A stretch of 64,000 bases of DNA from an uncultured delta proteobacterium (lineage in GTDB: Bacteria; Desulfobacterota; Desulfobacteria; Desulfobacterales; JAHEIW01): assembly GCA_963706575.1 (NCBI GenBank), contig CAVPNL010000002.1, positions 96,001 to 160,000 on the forward strand, written 5' to 3'. The notes under the pieces are model-generated. The model did not search any database. It was not told the origin of the DNA and saw only the letters and a list, made by a program, of their open reading frames with translations. Below, one piece after another: positions 18,106 through 28,466 of the stretch. A program made the position numbers and the translations under genes. Every line of letters begins with the position of its first letter. Position 1 is the stretch's first letter.

Positions 18106-19980
18106 TTGATCGATCAGAATACAATAAAAAATCTTCGCAAAAATGGCCTGCTAAGCGAGATCGATATTCATTTTGCTAGATTTATCAGCGACTTTTCAGC
18201 GGATAAAGATCCGGACATATTTTTGGCCGCTGCCCTGGTCAGCCATGCAACCGGTACGGGTGATATCTGTTTTAATTTGGAAATTGCAGCCGGCCATTTG
18301 CTCACCGGTACGAAGGACTTCAAGAAACCGATCGAATGCCCCGATCTTGATGTCTGGCTTGAAAAACTGTCAACCAGTCCGGCTGTCGGGCAGCCGGGTG
18401 AAAACTGCCCATTAATCCTGGATGATAAAAACCGGCTCTATCTGCACCGCTACTGGGATTACGAGAATTCCCTTTCAAAATCGATCAAAAAACGGGTTTA
18501 CAGCCCGGTGACTGGCCTGGATTTTAAACAGCTAAAGCAGACTCTGGATCGGTTGTTTCCCGGCGCTGACTCTCAGGAACTGAACTGGCAAAAAATTGCG
18601 GCTGCGGTTGCCAGTTTAAAACATTTCAGTGTTATAACCGGCGGACCCGGTACCGGAAAAACATTTACCGTCACCAGGATCCTGGCACTGTTGCTGGAGC
18701 AGGTGGCCGGGCAAAAGATGCAAATTTATCTGGCTGCTCCAACCGGAAAAGCAGCCGCCCGCCTAAAAGAGGCCGTTGAAGAGGCTAAAAGTCGGATGAA
18801 TTGCGAGGATTCAGTCAAAGTCGCGATCCCTTCAGAAGTATTCACCATTCACCGCATGCTCAAGTCCATAACAGGCTCGCCGTATTTCCGCCATAATCGT
18901 GAGAATCCTTTGATGGCGGATGTGGTGGTGGTTGATGAAGCCTCGATGGTCGATCTGGCCCTAATGGCCAAATTACTCGAGGCAGTCTCCGAAAATGCGC
19001 GTCTGATCCTAATCGGGGACAAGGACCAGCTGGCCTCCGTGGAGGCGGGTTCGGTTTTAGGTGATATCTGCGACCGGAATGTGATGCATGGTTTTTCAGC
19101 GCCGTTTATGAATCGCATCAAAGAAGTCACCGGTGAAGACCTTGAACATCGAGAACATGGCGTTCAAACGACGGGTGCCCAATCAGGGTTGCAGGACGCC
19201 GTTGTCGTGCTGCAAAAAAGCTACCGCTTTGCCGTCGGCAGCGGAATTGGCGATTTAAGCCGCGCGGTCAACCGTGCGGACACAGAAACTGCATTCCAGC
19301 TGCTGGCCGATGAAAATGACAAATCCATCACCTGGCAAGCCCTCAAAGCCGACGAAGGCCTGTTTGAAAATCTATCCCGCCAAATTGTATCCGGTTATCA
19401 ATCCTATCTGAAAGCCGGTGACCCGGCTTCAGCCTTGAAGCGCCTGCAGCGCTTTAAAATCCTGTGCGCCTTGAATATCGGGCCGTTGGGTGTTCAGGCC
19501 ATCAATAGACTGGCGGAGCAGGTATTACGCCGGCAGAACCTGATACAGACGCATCCGACGACAGAAAATCCGTGGTATGCCGGTCGACCCGTTTTAATCA
19601 CGCGCAACCATTACCCGCTGGGGCTGTTCAATGGCGACATCGGTGTCACCCTGCCGGATGCTGAAGCTGACGATCAATTGGCTGTTTTTTTTGCGGGTGA
19701 TAGCGGAGAAGTCCGCCGTTTCCAGCCGTATCAGCTTCCGGAACACTCAACAGTCTATGCCATGACGGTTCATAAAAGCCAGGGCTCCGAATTCGATGAA
19801 GTGCTATTCATCCTTCCGGAAAGAGATTTTCCCATCTTAACCCGCGAACTGATCTACACGGCCCTGACCCGTGCCCGTAAAAAAATCACCATCTGGGGAA
19901 ACCGCTCGATTATGCGCAAGGCGATTACCCGTCAAATCGAGCGCACCTCCGGTCTGCGAGATGCATTGTGGGGCGCTTGA
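18106..19980 (+). CDS. recD: exodeoxyribonuclease V alpha subunit
   Basis: ITGGPGTGKT, APTGKAAARL, VDEASMVD, GDKDQL, AMTVHKSQGSEF, YTALTRA. Confidence 0.96.
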   Translation: MIDQNTIKNLRKNGLLSEIDIHFARFISDFSADKDPDIFLAAALVSHATGTGDICFNLEIAAGHLLTGTKDFKKPIECPDLDVWLEKLSTSPAVGQPGENCPLILDDKNRLYLHRYWDYENSLSKSIKKRVYSPVTGLDFKQLKQTLDRLFPGADSQELNWQKIAAAVASLKHFSVITGGPGTGKTFTVTRILALLLEQVAGQKMQIYLAAPTGKAAARLKEAVEEAKSRMNCEDSVKVAIPSEVFTIHRMLKSITGSPYFRHNRENPLMADVVVVDEASMVDLALMAKLLEAVSENARLILIGDKDQLASVEAGSVLGDICDRNVMHGFSAPFMNRIKEVTGEDLEHREHGVQTTGAQSGLQDAVVVLQKSYRFAVGSGIGDLSRAVNRADTETAFQLLADENDKSITWQALKADEGLFENLSRQIVSGYQSYLKAGDPASALKRLQRFKILCALNIGPLGVQAINRLAEQVLRRQNLIQTHPTTENPWYAGRPVLITRNHYPLGLFNGDIGVTLPDAEADDQLAVFFAGDSGEVRRFQPYQLPEHSTVYAMTVHKSQGSEFDEVLFILPERDFPILTRELIYTALTRARKKITIWGNRSIMRKAITRQIERTSGLRDALWGA

Positions 19981-19981
19981 T

Positions 19982-20030
19982 GACAGATGTCAGAAGCCAG
20001 AGGACGGAAGTCAGAAGACAAAGGACAGAA
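19982..20030. repeat. 7-mer tandem array x7, no inverted partner nearby
   Basis: GACAGAT GTCAGAA GCCAGAG GACGGAA GTCAGAA GACAAAG GACAGAA. Confidence 0.85.
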
Positions 20031-20103
20031 AGAAGCGGGTAGGGGACAGAGACCTTCGTTTTGAGTATCTGTCAAAAATGTGGCTTTAAAAATGAGGCTT
20101 GCG

Positions 20104-20580
20104 ATGAAAGCATACGAAAAAATTATTGAAAAACTTAATATGACAAAACACGATGAAGGCGGCTACTTTCGCCAGACCTACAAATCCGACTTCATCGTCC
20201 AGCCGGAGAAAGAATCATATGAGAGATCTTCCGCTACACACATTTACTATTTTTTATCGAGGGGGATGTATAGTAAATTCCATAAAGTTAAACACGATGA
20301 AATTTGGAATTTGTATGACGGCGAGGGCGTGAAACTTCATGTATATGATGATCAGAACAAAAAAGTGGATGAGCAAATTCTGTCCAAAAGTCATTTTAAG
20401 TTCCACGCCGTCGTGCAAGGCGATTTATGGCAGGCAGCCGAGCCTATCGGTGATTTTGTCCTGGTGGGCTGTACGGTAGCACCCGGCTGGGAATTGGAAG
20501 ATGAAGCATATTTAAGCGACCACCCGGAAATGATGGACAAGCTTGTTAAGCTAAGACCGGATCTAGAGCGACTTATTTAG
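20104..20580 (+). CDS. DUF985/Cupin_5-family protein
   Basis: H.EGGYFRQTY, T.IYY.L, FH....DEIW..Y.G, LVGCTVAPG. Confidence 0.85.
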   Translation: MKAYEKIIEKLNMTKHDEGGYFRQTYKSDFIVQPEKESYERSSATHIYYFLSRGMYSKFHKVKHDEIWNLYDGEGVKLHVYDDQNKKVDEQILSKSHFKFHAVVQGDLWQAAEPIGDFVLVGCTVAPGWELEDEAYLSDHPEMMDKLVKLRPDLERLI

Positions 20581-20613
20581 AATTACTTCTTATCACTTCA
20601 AAAAGGGGATAAC

Positions 20614-21114
20614 ATGAAGAAGCTAAGCAGCAAAGGACTGAAATGGTTAAAAAGCCTCCATATTTACTCGGGCTGTGTTTGGGTCGGTTGCGCCACCGCG
20701 CTCACCATAATGCAGTTGTTTGTAAATCCTGAGGATGGGAGTGAGCTGTATGGGATTCTCTACACATTGGATTTTATTGATCTGTTTATTCTGGTGCCGG
20801 GGGCAATTGGAACGCTTTTGACTGCGTTGGTTTACTCTATATGGACCAATTGGGGCTGGTTTAAACACAATTGGATTACCGTTAAATGGATCATCTGTAT
20901 TTTTGGTATCGCATTCGGCACCTTCTGGCTAGGCCCCTGGCTCAGCGATATGGCTCATATTGCTAAAGATCAAGGGCTGAGAGCGTTATCAGATCCTGAA
21001 TATTTAAGCAATCGACAAAATTTAATTATTTTTGGAACATCTCAGGCATTGACTGTCGTTTTTGCAGCCTTTATCTCTACCTTGAAACCGTGGAGGAAAA
21101 AGAAGAAAAGGTAA
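20614..21114 (+). CDS. 4-TM membrane protein (DUF2269-like)
   Basis: LKSLH, WGWFKHNWITVKW, ISTLKPW; four hydrophobic segments. Confidence 0.65.
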   Translation: MKKLSSKGLKWLKSLHIYSGCVWVGCATALTIMQLFVNPEDGSELYGILYTLDFIDLFILVPGAIGTLLTALVYSIWTNWGWFKHNWITVKWIICIFGIAFGTFWLGPWLSDMAHIAKDQGLRALSDPEYLSNRQNLIIFGTSQALTVVFAAFISTLKPWRKKKKR

Positions 21115-21135
21115 ATACATTTGAGAGGTCGTAGC

Positions 21136-21729
21136 ATGAACGTATATATTCTCTTCGCCCACCCAAGTAAAACCTCCTTCAATCGACAAGTTCTTGAAGC
21201 TTTTACACAAGGTCTTCAAGATAATGGACATACGTATGATATTAAAGATTTATATGACACAAATTTCCAATCCGATATTGACCTTGATCAATATCTGCGT
21301 GAAGTTGGGCTGGATCCTGATGCGCCGGTGCCGCATGATGTTAAAATGGAACAGGAAAAAGTAAACCGAGCCGATGTTTTAGCTTTTATTTATCCCGTGT
21401 GGTGGAGCGATTGTCCGGCAAAGCTAAAGGGTTGGTTCGATAGGGTGTGGACCTATGGATATGCCTATCTCTACGATGAAAGCGAGGAAAGGCACACTAA
21501 AATTGAAATTGAAAAGGCTATAGTAATTTGTTCTGCTGGACACACCGTGGAACATCTTGAAGAAATTGGCATAGCGGAAAGTATGCGTCGTATCATGTTG
21601 AATGACCGATTGCTCGGGTTAGGTGTAAAAAGTGCCAAGATGGAGATTTTAGGGGGAATGATGCCGGGTGATAACACATTTAAAAAGATTAATTTGGAGA
21701 AAGCTTATGATCTTGGTAAGAATCTATAG
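21136..21729 (+). CDS. NAD(P)H-dependent flavodoxin-fold oxidoreductase
   Basis: AHP...SFN, DLY, YPVWW..PAKLKGWFDRV. Confidence 0.9.
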   Translation: MNVYILFAHPSKTSFNRQVLEAFTQGLQDNGHTYDIKDLYDTNFQSDIDLDQYLREVGLDPDAPVPHDVKMEQEKVNRADVLAFIYPVWWSDCPAKLKGWFDRVWTYGYAYLYDESEERHTKIEIEKAIVICSAGHTVEHLEEIGIAESMRRIMLNDRLLGLGVKSAKMEILGGMMPGDNTFKKINLEKAYDLGKNL

Positions 21730-22130
21730 ATAGCTGAAATGCGCACGTCACAGTTTGCATTTAATTATAATTTTTTTCAAAAAAATATTATCAATTTAAA
21801 AGAATGTACATTTCCAACAAATCAGAACTTTTAAAAACCGTGAAATTTTTGTGATATATTTGCATATCTGTACTTTCCATATTTTTCAGGTATTCTCAAT
21901 GTATCAGTACTTTAATTTTGTTGACACAATATAGTCTCCTATAATAATTAAACTTTAACATTGTGCTCAGATTGAACTCAATCTCACACTCATTGTTGAT
22001 CTATATAAGATCTCTCCGATCAAATTGTGCCTACCCATCCCCTACAGGGCATTTATATGTCGTGTTGGGAATTTGTATATGTTTTTACGGTCTATCAAAA
22101 TTTAATCTAATATATGAAAGGAGCGGTATC

Positions 22131-22568
22131 ATGAAAAAAACATTGATTTTGATATTTTCGCTTTTCCTTTTATCTTCCCTAAATTGCACAACCACAAAGC
22201 AAGAAACCAAGACTTTTGATCTTTCTGGCACTTGGATACTGACTGAAGATATGAAAGGGTGCGGGGGTCAAAAGAATACTTCGACAGTTGAGATAATTCA
22301 AAAAAGTGACACAGTTACAATTGTAAATAGTGAAAATAAAAAGACGCTTGGCAAGATATATAGTGACACAATAGTAATTGCAGGAATCAAAACATTAAGT
22401 AGTGAGGGCGGGATACCTATCTCCACAGAAACTCATGATCACCATTTAAAGATAAGCGAGGACGCAAACACTTTAACAGGAAAAGTCAAATTTACATTGG
22501 AAAGTGCAAGTACTGGGAACTGTGATGGTATTACAATTTTAGACTATAAAAAAAAGGCTAAAGAGTAG
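22131..22568 (+). CDS. hypothetical exported protein / probable lipoprotein
   Basis: AAGGAG RBS; MKK + hydrophobic stretch + SLNC; 'DLSGTW' beta-rich body. Confidence 0.7.
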   Translation: MKKTLILIFSLFLLSSLNCTTTKQETKTFDLSGTWILTEDMKGCGGQKNTSTVEIIQKSDTVTIVNSENKKTLGKIYSDTIVIAGIKTLSSEGGIPISTETHDHHLKISEDANTLTGKVKFTLESASTGNCDGITILDYKKKAKE

Positions 22569-22652
22569 ATCTTCTTGAAATTCAAAAAAAGTTATATATT
22601 TAAATCAAAAGAAGTCCTTCATTTGTTGATAATGGCTTAAGAAAGACAGGGA

Positions 22653-22763
22653 ATGAAAGCATTAAAAATTGATAAGAACGTTGAACGCAGGATTGAAAAA
22701 CGACACGCTTGCTCCGAAGCAATTTTTTTCGCAACCCAAAGCCGACTCTATGAAGGTCAACTT
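22653..22763 (+). pseudogene. 5' fragment of a PilZ-domain gene
   Basis: ERRIEKRH (RxxxR) ... LYEGQL, then similarity stops before the (D/N)xSxxG motif. Confidence 0.5.
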
Positions 22764-22810
22764 ACCAAACATATAAAGGATGGCATAGAGTCGGAAAGGC
22801 CGGCAGCACA

Positions 22811-22954
22811 TCAACGCCTTCCGGCGTTTTGTCTCATTCTGCGCATCTCCCATTCCTTGTATTTTTGTTGATCTTCTTCGGATAGATTTTGATTGGAAGC
22901 ACAGCTCAACAAAAAAAATAAGGCTGCCATTATAAGCGCAATGAGTTTTTTCAT
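22811..22954 (-). CDS. 47-aa small lipoprotein (below ORF-track cutoff)
   Basis: GGAGGTG RBS; MKKLIALIMAALFFLLSCASNQNLSEEDQQKYKEWEMRRMRQNAGRR*; lipobox LLSC. Confidence 0.8.
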   Translation of the reverse strand: MKKLIALIMAALFFLLSCASNQNLSEEDQQKYKEWEMRRMRQNAGRR

Positions 22955-22985
22955 TTTTCACCTCCCTAACGTCCGACCCCAAAAA

Positions 22986-23159
22986 TTACCCCCGGCGAGT
23001 GCAGGATACGGTTTCGGCCAGGACAGCATGAATTTCATCCAGAAGGCGACAGGTTTGCATGCATTGCGGAAACAGCGCTCTGTAGTGACAGTTCAAGCAG
23101 GGACTCTTAACAAGGGTGCCGATTTCAAAATCGAATTGATAGTTTATTTTTTGGGTCAT
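22986..23159 (-). CDS. 57-aa cysteine-rich hypothetical protein
   Basis: C-x2-C-x8-C-x3-C; ATG 23159 chosen, start uncertain; ends 31 bp before the small lipoprotein. Confidence 0.65.
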   Translation of the reverse strand: MTQKINYQFDFEIGTLVKSPCLNCHYRALFPQCMQTCRLLDEIHAVLAETVSCTRRG

Positions 23160-23344
23160 TGGTTTCATTTTCGGTATTACGATCCTTGGCAGTATCCACC
23201 ATCCATGTTCGAACCATGCCGGGGCTATGAAAAATTCCAAAGAAGCGGTTTCATACCATAAGCCAGCGTACTGCACAAGCTAAAATTTGGCCTCAAGGTT
23301 AGTTTTATAGTTTAGCACTCAACATATTATAATTATAAAATAAA

Positions 23345-23371
23345 TTTAGCGTCCTTGCGACTTTGCGTGAG
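23345..23371. repeat. orphan arm of CTTTGCG-type array
   Basis: TTTAGCGTCCTTGCGACTTTGCGTGAG, similar to 55873-55900. Confidence 0.6.
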
Positions 23372-23386
23372 GATTTCGATTCAGTC

Positions 23387-25570
23387 TTATTCATCGCGGC
23401 TCAGAAATTTTTGATACTGCACCATTTTGGCAAAGGCACGCACAGCACGCTCCGGTGTCGGGAAAAATACACCCTTGAGTTCGTGTTTTTTATGCGGATA
23501 TACGGTTTGGTGTTTTTCATCCGGCAGCATACTGACACCAAATACCGGTTTGTCATACTTTTCCATTAAATCAATGATTTGAACGATATAATCCATTTCG
23601 AATTTTTTAAAATTTCGGTGAATTTCTTCGATAAATTCTTTCGAATAGCTGGGATCTGCCTTTAGCACTGACTCTCCGTGGCTTTTCAGTACCTGCCGGC
23701 GCCCGACAAACCCCAGATTGATCACTGCATCGCAACCATCCCATTTCAGCAGCATTTCCAAAACCGCCCGGGGCAGGGTCGGATCCCGTTCCCCCACCAG
23801 ATCAATCGGGTTGGACCGACTCCAGTAAGGCGGCAGGATTTTATCAATCTCTGCAATTATTTCGGTGGAGAGCTCGGTTACATCGAGGCCGAAATAGGCG
23901 CATAGATCGGCGGTAACCACGCCCCATCCGCCGCCCAGGGTCATTATGGCTGCGCGATTTCCTTTTGGCAGGGGCAAAGATGAAAATGCGGCTCCCAGAT
24001 CAAGCAGCGCCGTGGGCTGGTCGACTTTAACAATACCGGACTGTCGACAGACGGCATCAAACACCCGGGTGTCGGAGGTCATCGCTCCGGTGTGGCTGGC
24101 CGCTGCCCTTTTACCGGCCTGGCTTTGACCTCCCTTGAGGAGCACGATCGGCTTTTTTTTACCCACCCGGCGCGCGCTTTCAAAGAATCGCCGTCCGTTT
24201 TTGACACTTTCTACATATAACACGGCAGTGCGGGTCAAGTTGTCGACTTCCAGACCGTCCAGGTAATCTTCGATACACATCATGGCCTCATTGCCTGATC
24301 CGCAAAACCCGCGAATCCCAATGCCTTGCTGCTGGGCAAATGCCAGAAGCTGCACGCCCATATTTCCGGATTGAGAGACCATCGTGGTAGAACCGGCTCT
24401 GGGTTTTGCCGGAAAGCCGGTGCAGTAGAAATTGATATGCGGATTGCAGATGCCCATGGTGTTGGGACCCAGGATTAAAATCCCCGCCTTCCGGGCATCC
24501 GCTACCAGTTCGGCTTCCAATTTCTTTCCTTCTTCACCCGTTTCACCAAAACCGGAGGTGATCAACAGCATGTTACCGATGCCTTTTTCTTTCATTTGAG
24601 GAATCAGATCCAGAACACCGGCGGCCGGAATGGTCACAACCGCCAGATCAACCGGTTCAGGGATATCACAGACCGTTGCATAGGTTTTACGACCGGCAAT
24701 GGTGTCTGTTTTGGGATTTACCAGAAAAACGTTGCCTTCGTATCCGCCGCTGATGGTATTTACCGTAAGCATGTGTCCCCATTTACCCATTTGGGCCGAG
24801 GCACCGATAAATGCAATGGAGCTGGGATAAAATATGGCACCAATGGCATCCGGTGAAACAGGAGGTGGCAACTTCCCTGTGATTGGCGCCTCACCCGGTA
24901 TCACCAGGGCGTCCACCGCACGCAGGTGGCCATCAGATGAAGCCAGCAGGGGATTGATATCAATCTCGACGATTTCCGGAAGCTCAACGCCGATGCGGGA
25001 GAGGCCTTGGAGGGTTTGAATGATCTGCTGGCGATGAATCGCCTTTTCGCCGCGATAGTTGCCCAGCAATGCTTGTGCCCTGATTTCGGTCAGCATATCA
25101 TCTACATCGGCTTCGGTCAGCGGCGCCAGGCGAAAGGTAACATCTGCCAACGCTTCGGTAAATACGCCGCCGATACCGAACATGACCACCGGTCCAAATT
25201 GACGGTCGCGAAACAACCCTGCGACCAGCTCCCTTTTCCCCTGAATTTGGGGCTGAATCAGAAAGCCTTCCAGGTCATCTCCCGCCGATGCGCTTATAGC
25301 TTCTACGGCCTTCTCAACCGCCCGAGGAGCATTCAGGTTCAGGTGCACCAACCCTCGTTCAGTTTTATGCGCAAGTTCGGCGCCCAGTCCCTTTACCACT
25401 ACCGGATAACCGAATCTGCCGGCAGCTTCTACGGCCTCTTGCCCGTCTTGCGCTACCACTTCCTGTACAACCGGCACGCCGAATTCTTCAAGAAGTGCTT
25501 TGGCTTCGGACTCATTGATGCTGTTTTTCGTTTTATTCCGGATATCATCAATCAGTTCTTTTGCGCTCAT
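23387..25570 (-). CDS. ADP-forming acetate/acyl-CoA ligase (ATP-grasp domain N-terminal)
   Basis: AHKTERG, FGPVVMFGIGG, IDINPL, GPNTMG, SQSG, AASHTGA, NPIDL. Confidence 0.9.
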   Translation of the reverse strand: MSAKELIDDIRNKTKNSINESEAKALLEEFGVPVVQEVVAQDGQEAVEAAGRFGYPVVVKGLGAELAHKTERGLVHLNLNAPRAVEKAVEAISASAGDDLEGFLIQPQIQGKRELVAGLFRDRQFGPVVMFGIGGVFTEALADVTFRLAPLTEADVDDMLTEIRAQALLGNYRGEKAIHRQQIIQTLQGLSRIGVELPEIVEIDINPLLASSDGHLRAVDALVIPGEAPITGKLPPPVSPDAIGAIFYPSSIAFIGASAQMGKWGHMLTVNTISGGYEGNVFLVNPKTDTIAGRKTYATVCDIPEPVDLAVVTIPAAGVLDLIPQMKEKGIGNMLLITSGFGETGEEGKKLEAELVADARKAGILILGPNTMGICNPHINFYCTGFPAKPRAGSTTMVSQSGNMGVQLLAFAQQQGIGIRGFCGSGNEAMMCIEDYLDGLEVDNLTRTAVLYVESVKNGRRFFESARRVGKKKPIVLLKGGQSQAGKRAAASHTGAMTSDTRVFDAVCRQSGIVKVDQPTALLDLGAAFSSLPLPKGNRAAIMTLGGGWGVVTADLCAYFGLDVTELSTEIIAEIDKILPPYWSRSNPIDLVGERDPTLPRAVLEMLLKWDGCDAVINLGFVGRRQVLKSHGESVLKADPSYSKEFIEEIHRNFKKFEMDYIVQIIDLMEKYDKPVFGVSMLPDEKHQTVYPHKKHELKGVFFPTPERAVRAFAKMVQYQKFLSRDE

Positions 25571-25807
25571 TTGCGATCTCCGTAAATATGTATCGATTAA
25601 ATCATTCAAATATTTAAATAATTTTAATACCTTATTTTTAGGCACGAATAAAGGTAAAAAAAGAATGCCAACAGATATACCCGCAAAAAAGGATAGGTCA
25701 AGAATAATAAAGAATAATTCGAGTTTCCTTGCGAAGCGGTTTGTGGTATTCATATAAGTGTTTAATTTTTATTTGATTATTTGATTAACTACAGGAAGGG
25801 AACAAAT

Positions 25808-26275
25808 ATGCGGGTCGGAATCGGATATGACATTCACCGTCTGGCGGAGGGGCGTCCGCTGATATTGGGCGGTGTGCAAGTTGCGCATGAAAAAGGCTTG
25901 CTGGGCCATTCGGATGCCGATGTTCTGGTCCACGCCATTTGTGACGCTCTGTTGGGGGCGGCCGGTTTAGGTGATATCGGAGTGCATTTTCCCGATAGCG
26001 ACCCGCAGTACAAAGATATATCCAGTTTAAAGCTCCTGTCTAAGACCTGCCGAATGGTCACCGCCAGGGGGTTTCGTATTGTTAATCTGGATACCATTGT
26101 GTTTGCCGAAGCACCCAGATTGGGATCTCAACGGCAAGACATGCAAGCCAAGATTGCAACAGCCATGAATATCCCAGCGGAACAAATCAATATCAAGGCA
26201 ACCACCACAGAAGGCCTAGGGGTGATCGGAAAAGGGGAAGGGATCGGCGCCATGTGTGTCGTCCTGATTGAATAA
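25808..26275 (+). CDS. ispF: MEcPP synthase
   Basis: RVGIGYDIH, GHSDADV, GDIG.HFP, KATTTE. Confidence 0.96.
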   Translation: MRVGIGYDIHRLAEGRPLILGGVQVAHEKGLLGHSDADVLVHAICDALLGAAGLGDIGVHFPDSDPQYKDISSLKLLSKTCRMVTARGFRIVNLDTIVFAEAPRLGSQRQDMQAKIATAMNIPAEQINIKATTTEGLGVIGKGEGIGAMCVVLIE

Positions 26276-26324
26276 TGAACGAAAACCCGGATTGTCTTAG
26301 CGCAGTTGCTGATTATTTTTATTT

Positions 26325-28319
26325 ATGACCGCTTTTAATCTCGTATCCAATTTTGAACCGACCGGCGACCAACCCCAGGCCATTGAAACCCTGAGCCGTT
26401 ACATAAAGAAAGGGCACCGCAACAATGTTCTCTTAGGGGTTACCGGTTCGGGCAAGACATTTACCATCGCCCATGTGATCGCCCGGGTCAACAAGCCAAC
26501 GCTGGTGCTGGCGCCGAATAAGACCCTGGCCGCCCAGCTTTATCATGAATTCAAGCAGCTGTTCCCCGACAATGCCGTTGAATATTTTGTCAGCTACTAC
26601 GATTATTATCAGCCCGAAGCCTACATCCCATCCACCGACACCTATATCCAGAAAGATTCATCCATCAATGACATGATTGATAAACTGCGCCATTCCGCCA
26701 CGCGGTCCGTCCTGTCGCGCAGAGACATTGTGGTTGTGGCCAGCGTTTCATGTATTTTCGGGTTGGGCGCACCCGAAGATTACCTTGCCATGCGGGTGGA
26801 TATTGAAACGGGCACTGAGCTCAACCGAGATAAGCTCCTGTATGAACTCATCTCGATGCACTATGAGCGCAACGATATGGATTTCCACAGAGGGGTATTC
26901 CGGGTGCGCGGTGACCGGGTAGAAATTTTTCCAGCCTATGAAGAAGACATAGCCATTCGGATAGATTTTTTCGGGGATCAGGTTGAAGACATTGCGCTAA
27001 TTAATGCCCTGAGAGGAAAAGTGCTCAAGCGCTTGAGGCGGGCCACCGTTTTTCCGGCCAGTCATTATGTGACCTCAAGAGTAACCCGCAAACATGCTAT
27101 CGATACCATAACGGCTGAGCTCAAAAAGCGCGTCGCATATTTCCGAAATGAAAACAAATTAATTGAAGCCCAGCGCATCGAAGAGCGAACCCATTTTGAT
27201 ATGGAAATGATGCAGGAGCTCGGTTACTGCCACGGCATTGAAAATTATTCCCGACATCTAACCGGAAGAAAACCCGGTGAACCTCCGCCGACCCTTTTAA
27301 GTTATTTTCCCAAAGACTATTTATTGGTGATTGACGAAAGCCATATTGCCGTCCCCCAGCTACGGGGTATGTATCGGGGCGACCGGTCTCGCAAAAAGAC
27401 CCTGGTTGAGTATGGATTCCGCCTGCCTTCCGCACTGGATAACCGTCCGCTTAGATTCGAGGAATCCCAGGAACGCATATCCCAGGTTATATATGTATCG
27501 GCCACCCCGGCAGATTATGAGCTTTCGGAAGGCAGCGATTCATTGGTTGAGCTCATCGTTCGGCCCACCGGGTTGGTTGATCCGGAGGTGGAAGTGCGCA
27601 GTGCGCAAAATCAAGTGGACGATCTTTATGAAGAGATTTTAGGCCGCCAAAAACGCCATGAGCGGGTCCTGGTAACAACGCTCACCAAACGGATGGCTGA
27701 GGATCTGACCGAATATTATTCCGATCTCGGTATACGCGTCCGTTATCTGCATTCAGACATCAAGACGCTAGAGCGCATGGATATTATCCAGGATCTGCGA
27801 CGGGGCAAATTTGATGTGCTGGTTGGCATAAATCTGCTGCGGGAAGGGCTGGACATCCCTGAAGTTTCACTGGTGGCGATTCTGGATGCCGACAAAGAGG
27901 GATTTTTGCGGTCGGCACGATCTTTGATTCAAACCTTCGGGCGGGCTGCCAGAAACGCCCGCGGAACGGTTCTTTTATATGCGGACTCCGTCACGCGTTC
28001 CATGCAACAGGCGCTAGACGAGACCCAGCGGCGCCGAAAAATCCAGAATGCTCATAATGAAGCGCATGACATCACCCCGGAAACCATTCGCAAAGAAGTG
28101 ACTCAAATTTTTGATTTCAGACAAGAAGTTGAGACAGCGTCTCCCTATGAAGTGGCTGAAGATTTGACTCAATACAAATCACTGGACGATGTTGATGATA
28201 TGATAAAATCTCTGGACTCTGAAATGCGGGCAGCAGCCAAGGCGCTGGAGTTTGAGCGCGCGGCCGAGCTTCGTGATCAGATCAAGCGGCTGAAGAAGCT
28301 GATTGTGTTCGAATTTTGA
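26325..28319 (+). CDS. uvrB: excinuclease ABC subunit B
   Basis: [37 protein letters not shown]-terminal UVR domain. Confidence 0.98.
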   Translation: MTAFNLVSNFEPTGDQPQAIETLSRYIKKGHRNNVLLGVTGSGKTFTIAHVIARVNKPTLVLAPNKTLAAQLYHEFKQLFPDNAVEYFVSYYDYYQPEAYIPSTDTYIQKDSSINDMIDKLRHSATRSVLSRRDIVVVASVSCIFGLGAPEDYLAMRVDIETGTELNRDKLLYELISMHYERNDMDFHRGVFRVRGDRVEIFPAYEEDIAIRIDFFGDQVEDIALINALRGKVLKRLRRATVFPASHYVTSRVTRKHAIDTITAELKKRVAYFRNENKLIEAQRIEERTHFDMEMMQELGYCHGIENYSRHLTGRKPGEPPPTLLSYFPKDYLLVIDESHIAVPQLRGMYRGDRSRKKTLVEYGFRLPSALDNRPLRFEESQERISQVIYVSATPADYELSEGSDSLVELIVRPTGLVDPEVEVRSAQNQVDDLYEEILGRQKRHERVLVTTLTKRMAEDLTEYYSDLGIRVRYLHSDIKTLERMDIIQDLRRGKFDVLVGINLLREGLDIPEVSLVAILDADKEGFLRSARSLIQTFGRAARNARGTVLLYADSVTRSMQQALDETQRRRKIQNAHNEAHDITPETIRKEVTQIFDFRQEVETASPYEVAEDLTQYKSLDDVDDMIKSLDSEMRAAAKALEFERAAELRDQIKRLKKLIVFEF

Positions 28320-28330
28320 ACTTTAAAACT

Positions 28331-28459
28331 AATGAGCTAAAATTAAAAATGATCTAAAATGCCTAAAATTGAGGAATTCTGTCATTTTTATTAAAAGATG
28401 GAGCTAAGCGACTCCATAATTTTAGGCACTTTAGCTCATTTTAGGCATTTTAGGCACTT
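28331..28459. repeat. full copy of 9/10-mer-armed element
   Basis: Left arm ..AATGCCTAA, core AGGAATTCTGTCATTT, right arm TTAGGCACT TTAGCTCATT TTAGGCATT TTAGGCACT (28422-28458). Confidence 0.85.
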
Positions 28460-28466
28460 CACAAAA

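Noticed and set aside
22986..23159. CLNCH as a c-type heme site
   Set aside because: No signal peptide; extra cysteines fit metal binding better.
28398..28466. N-terminal extension of UvrC
   Set aside because: It is a translation of the repeat arm (AHFRHFRHF); similar spurious extensions for tlyA and the acyl-CoA ligase.
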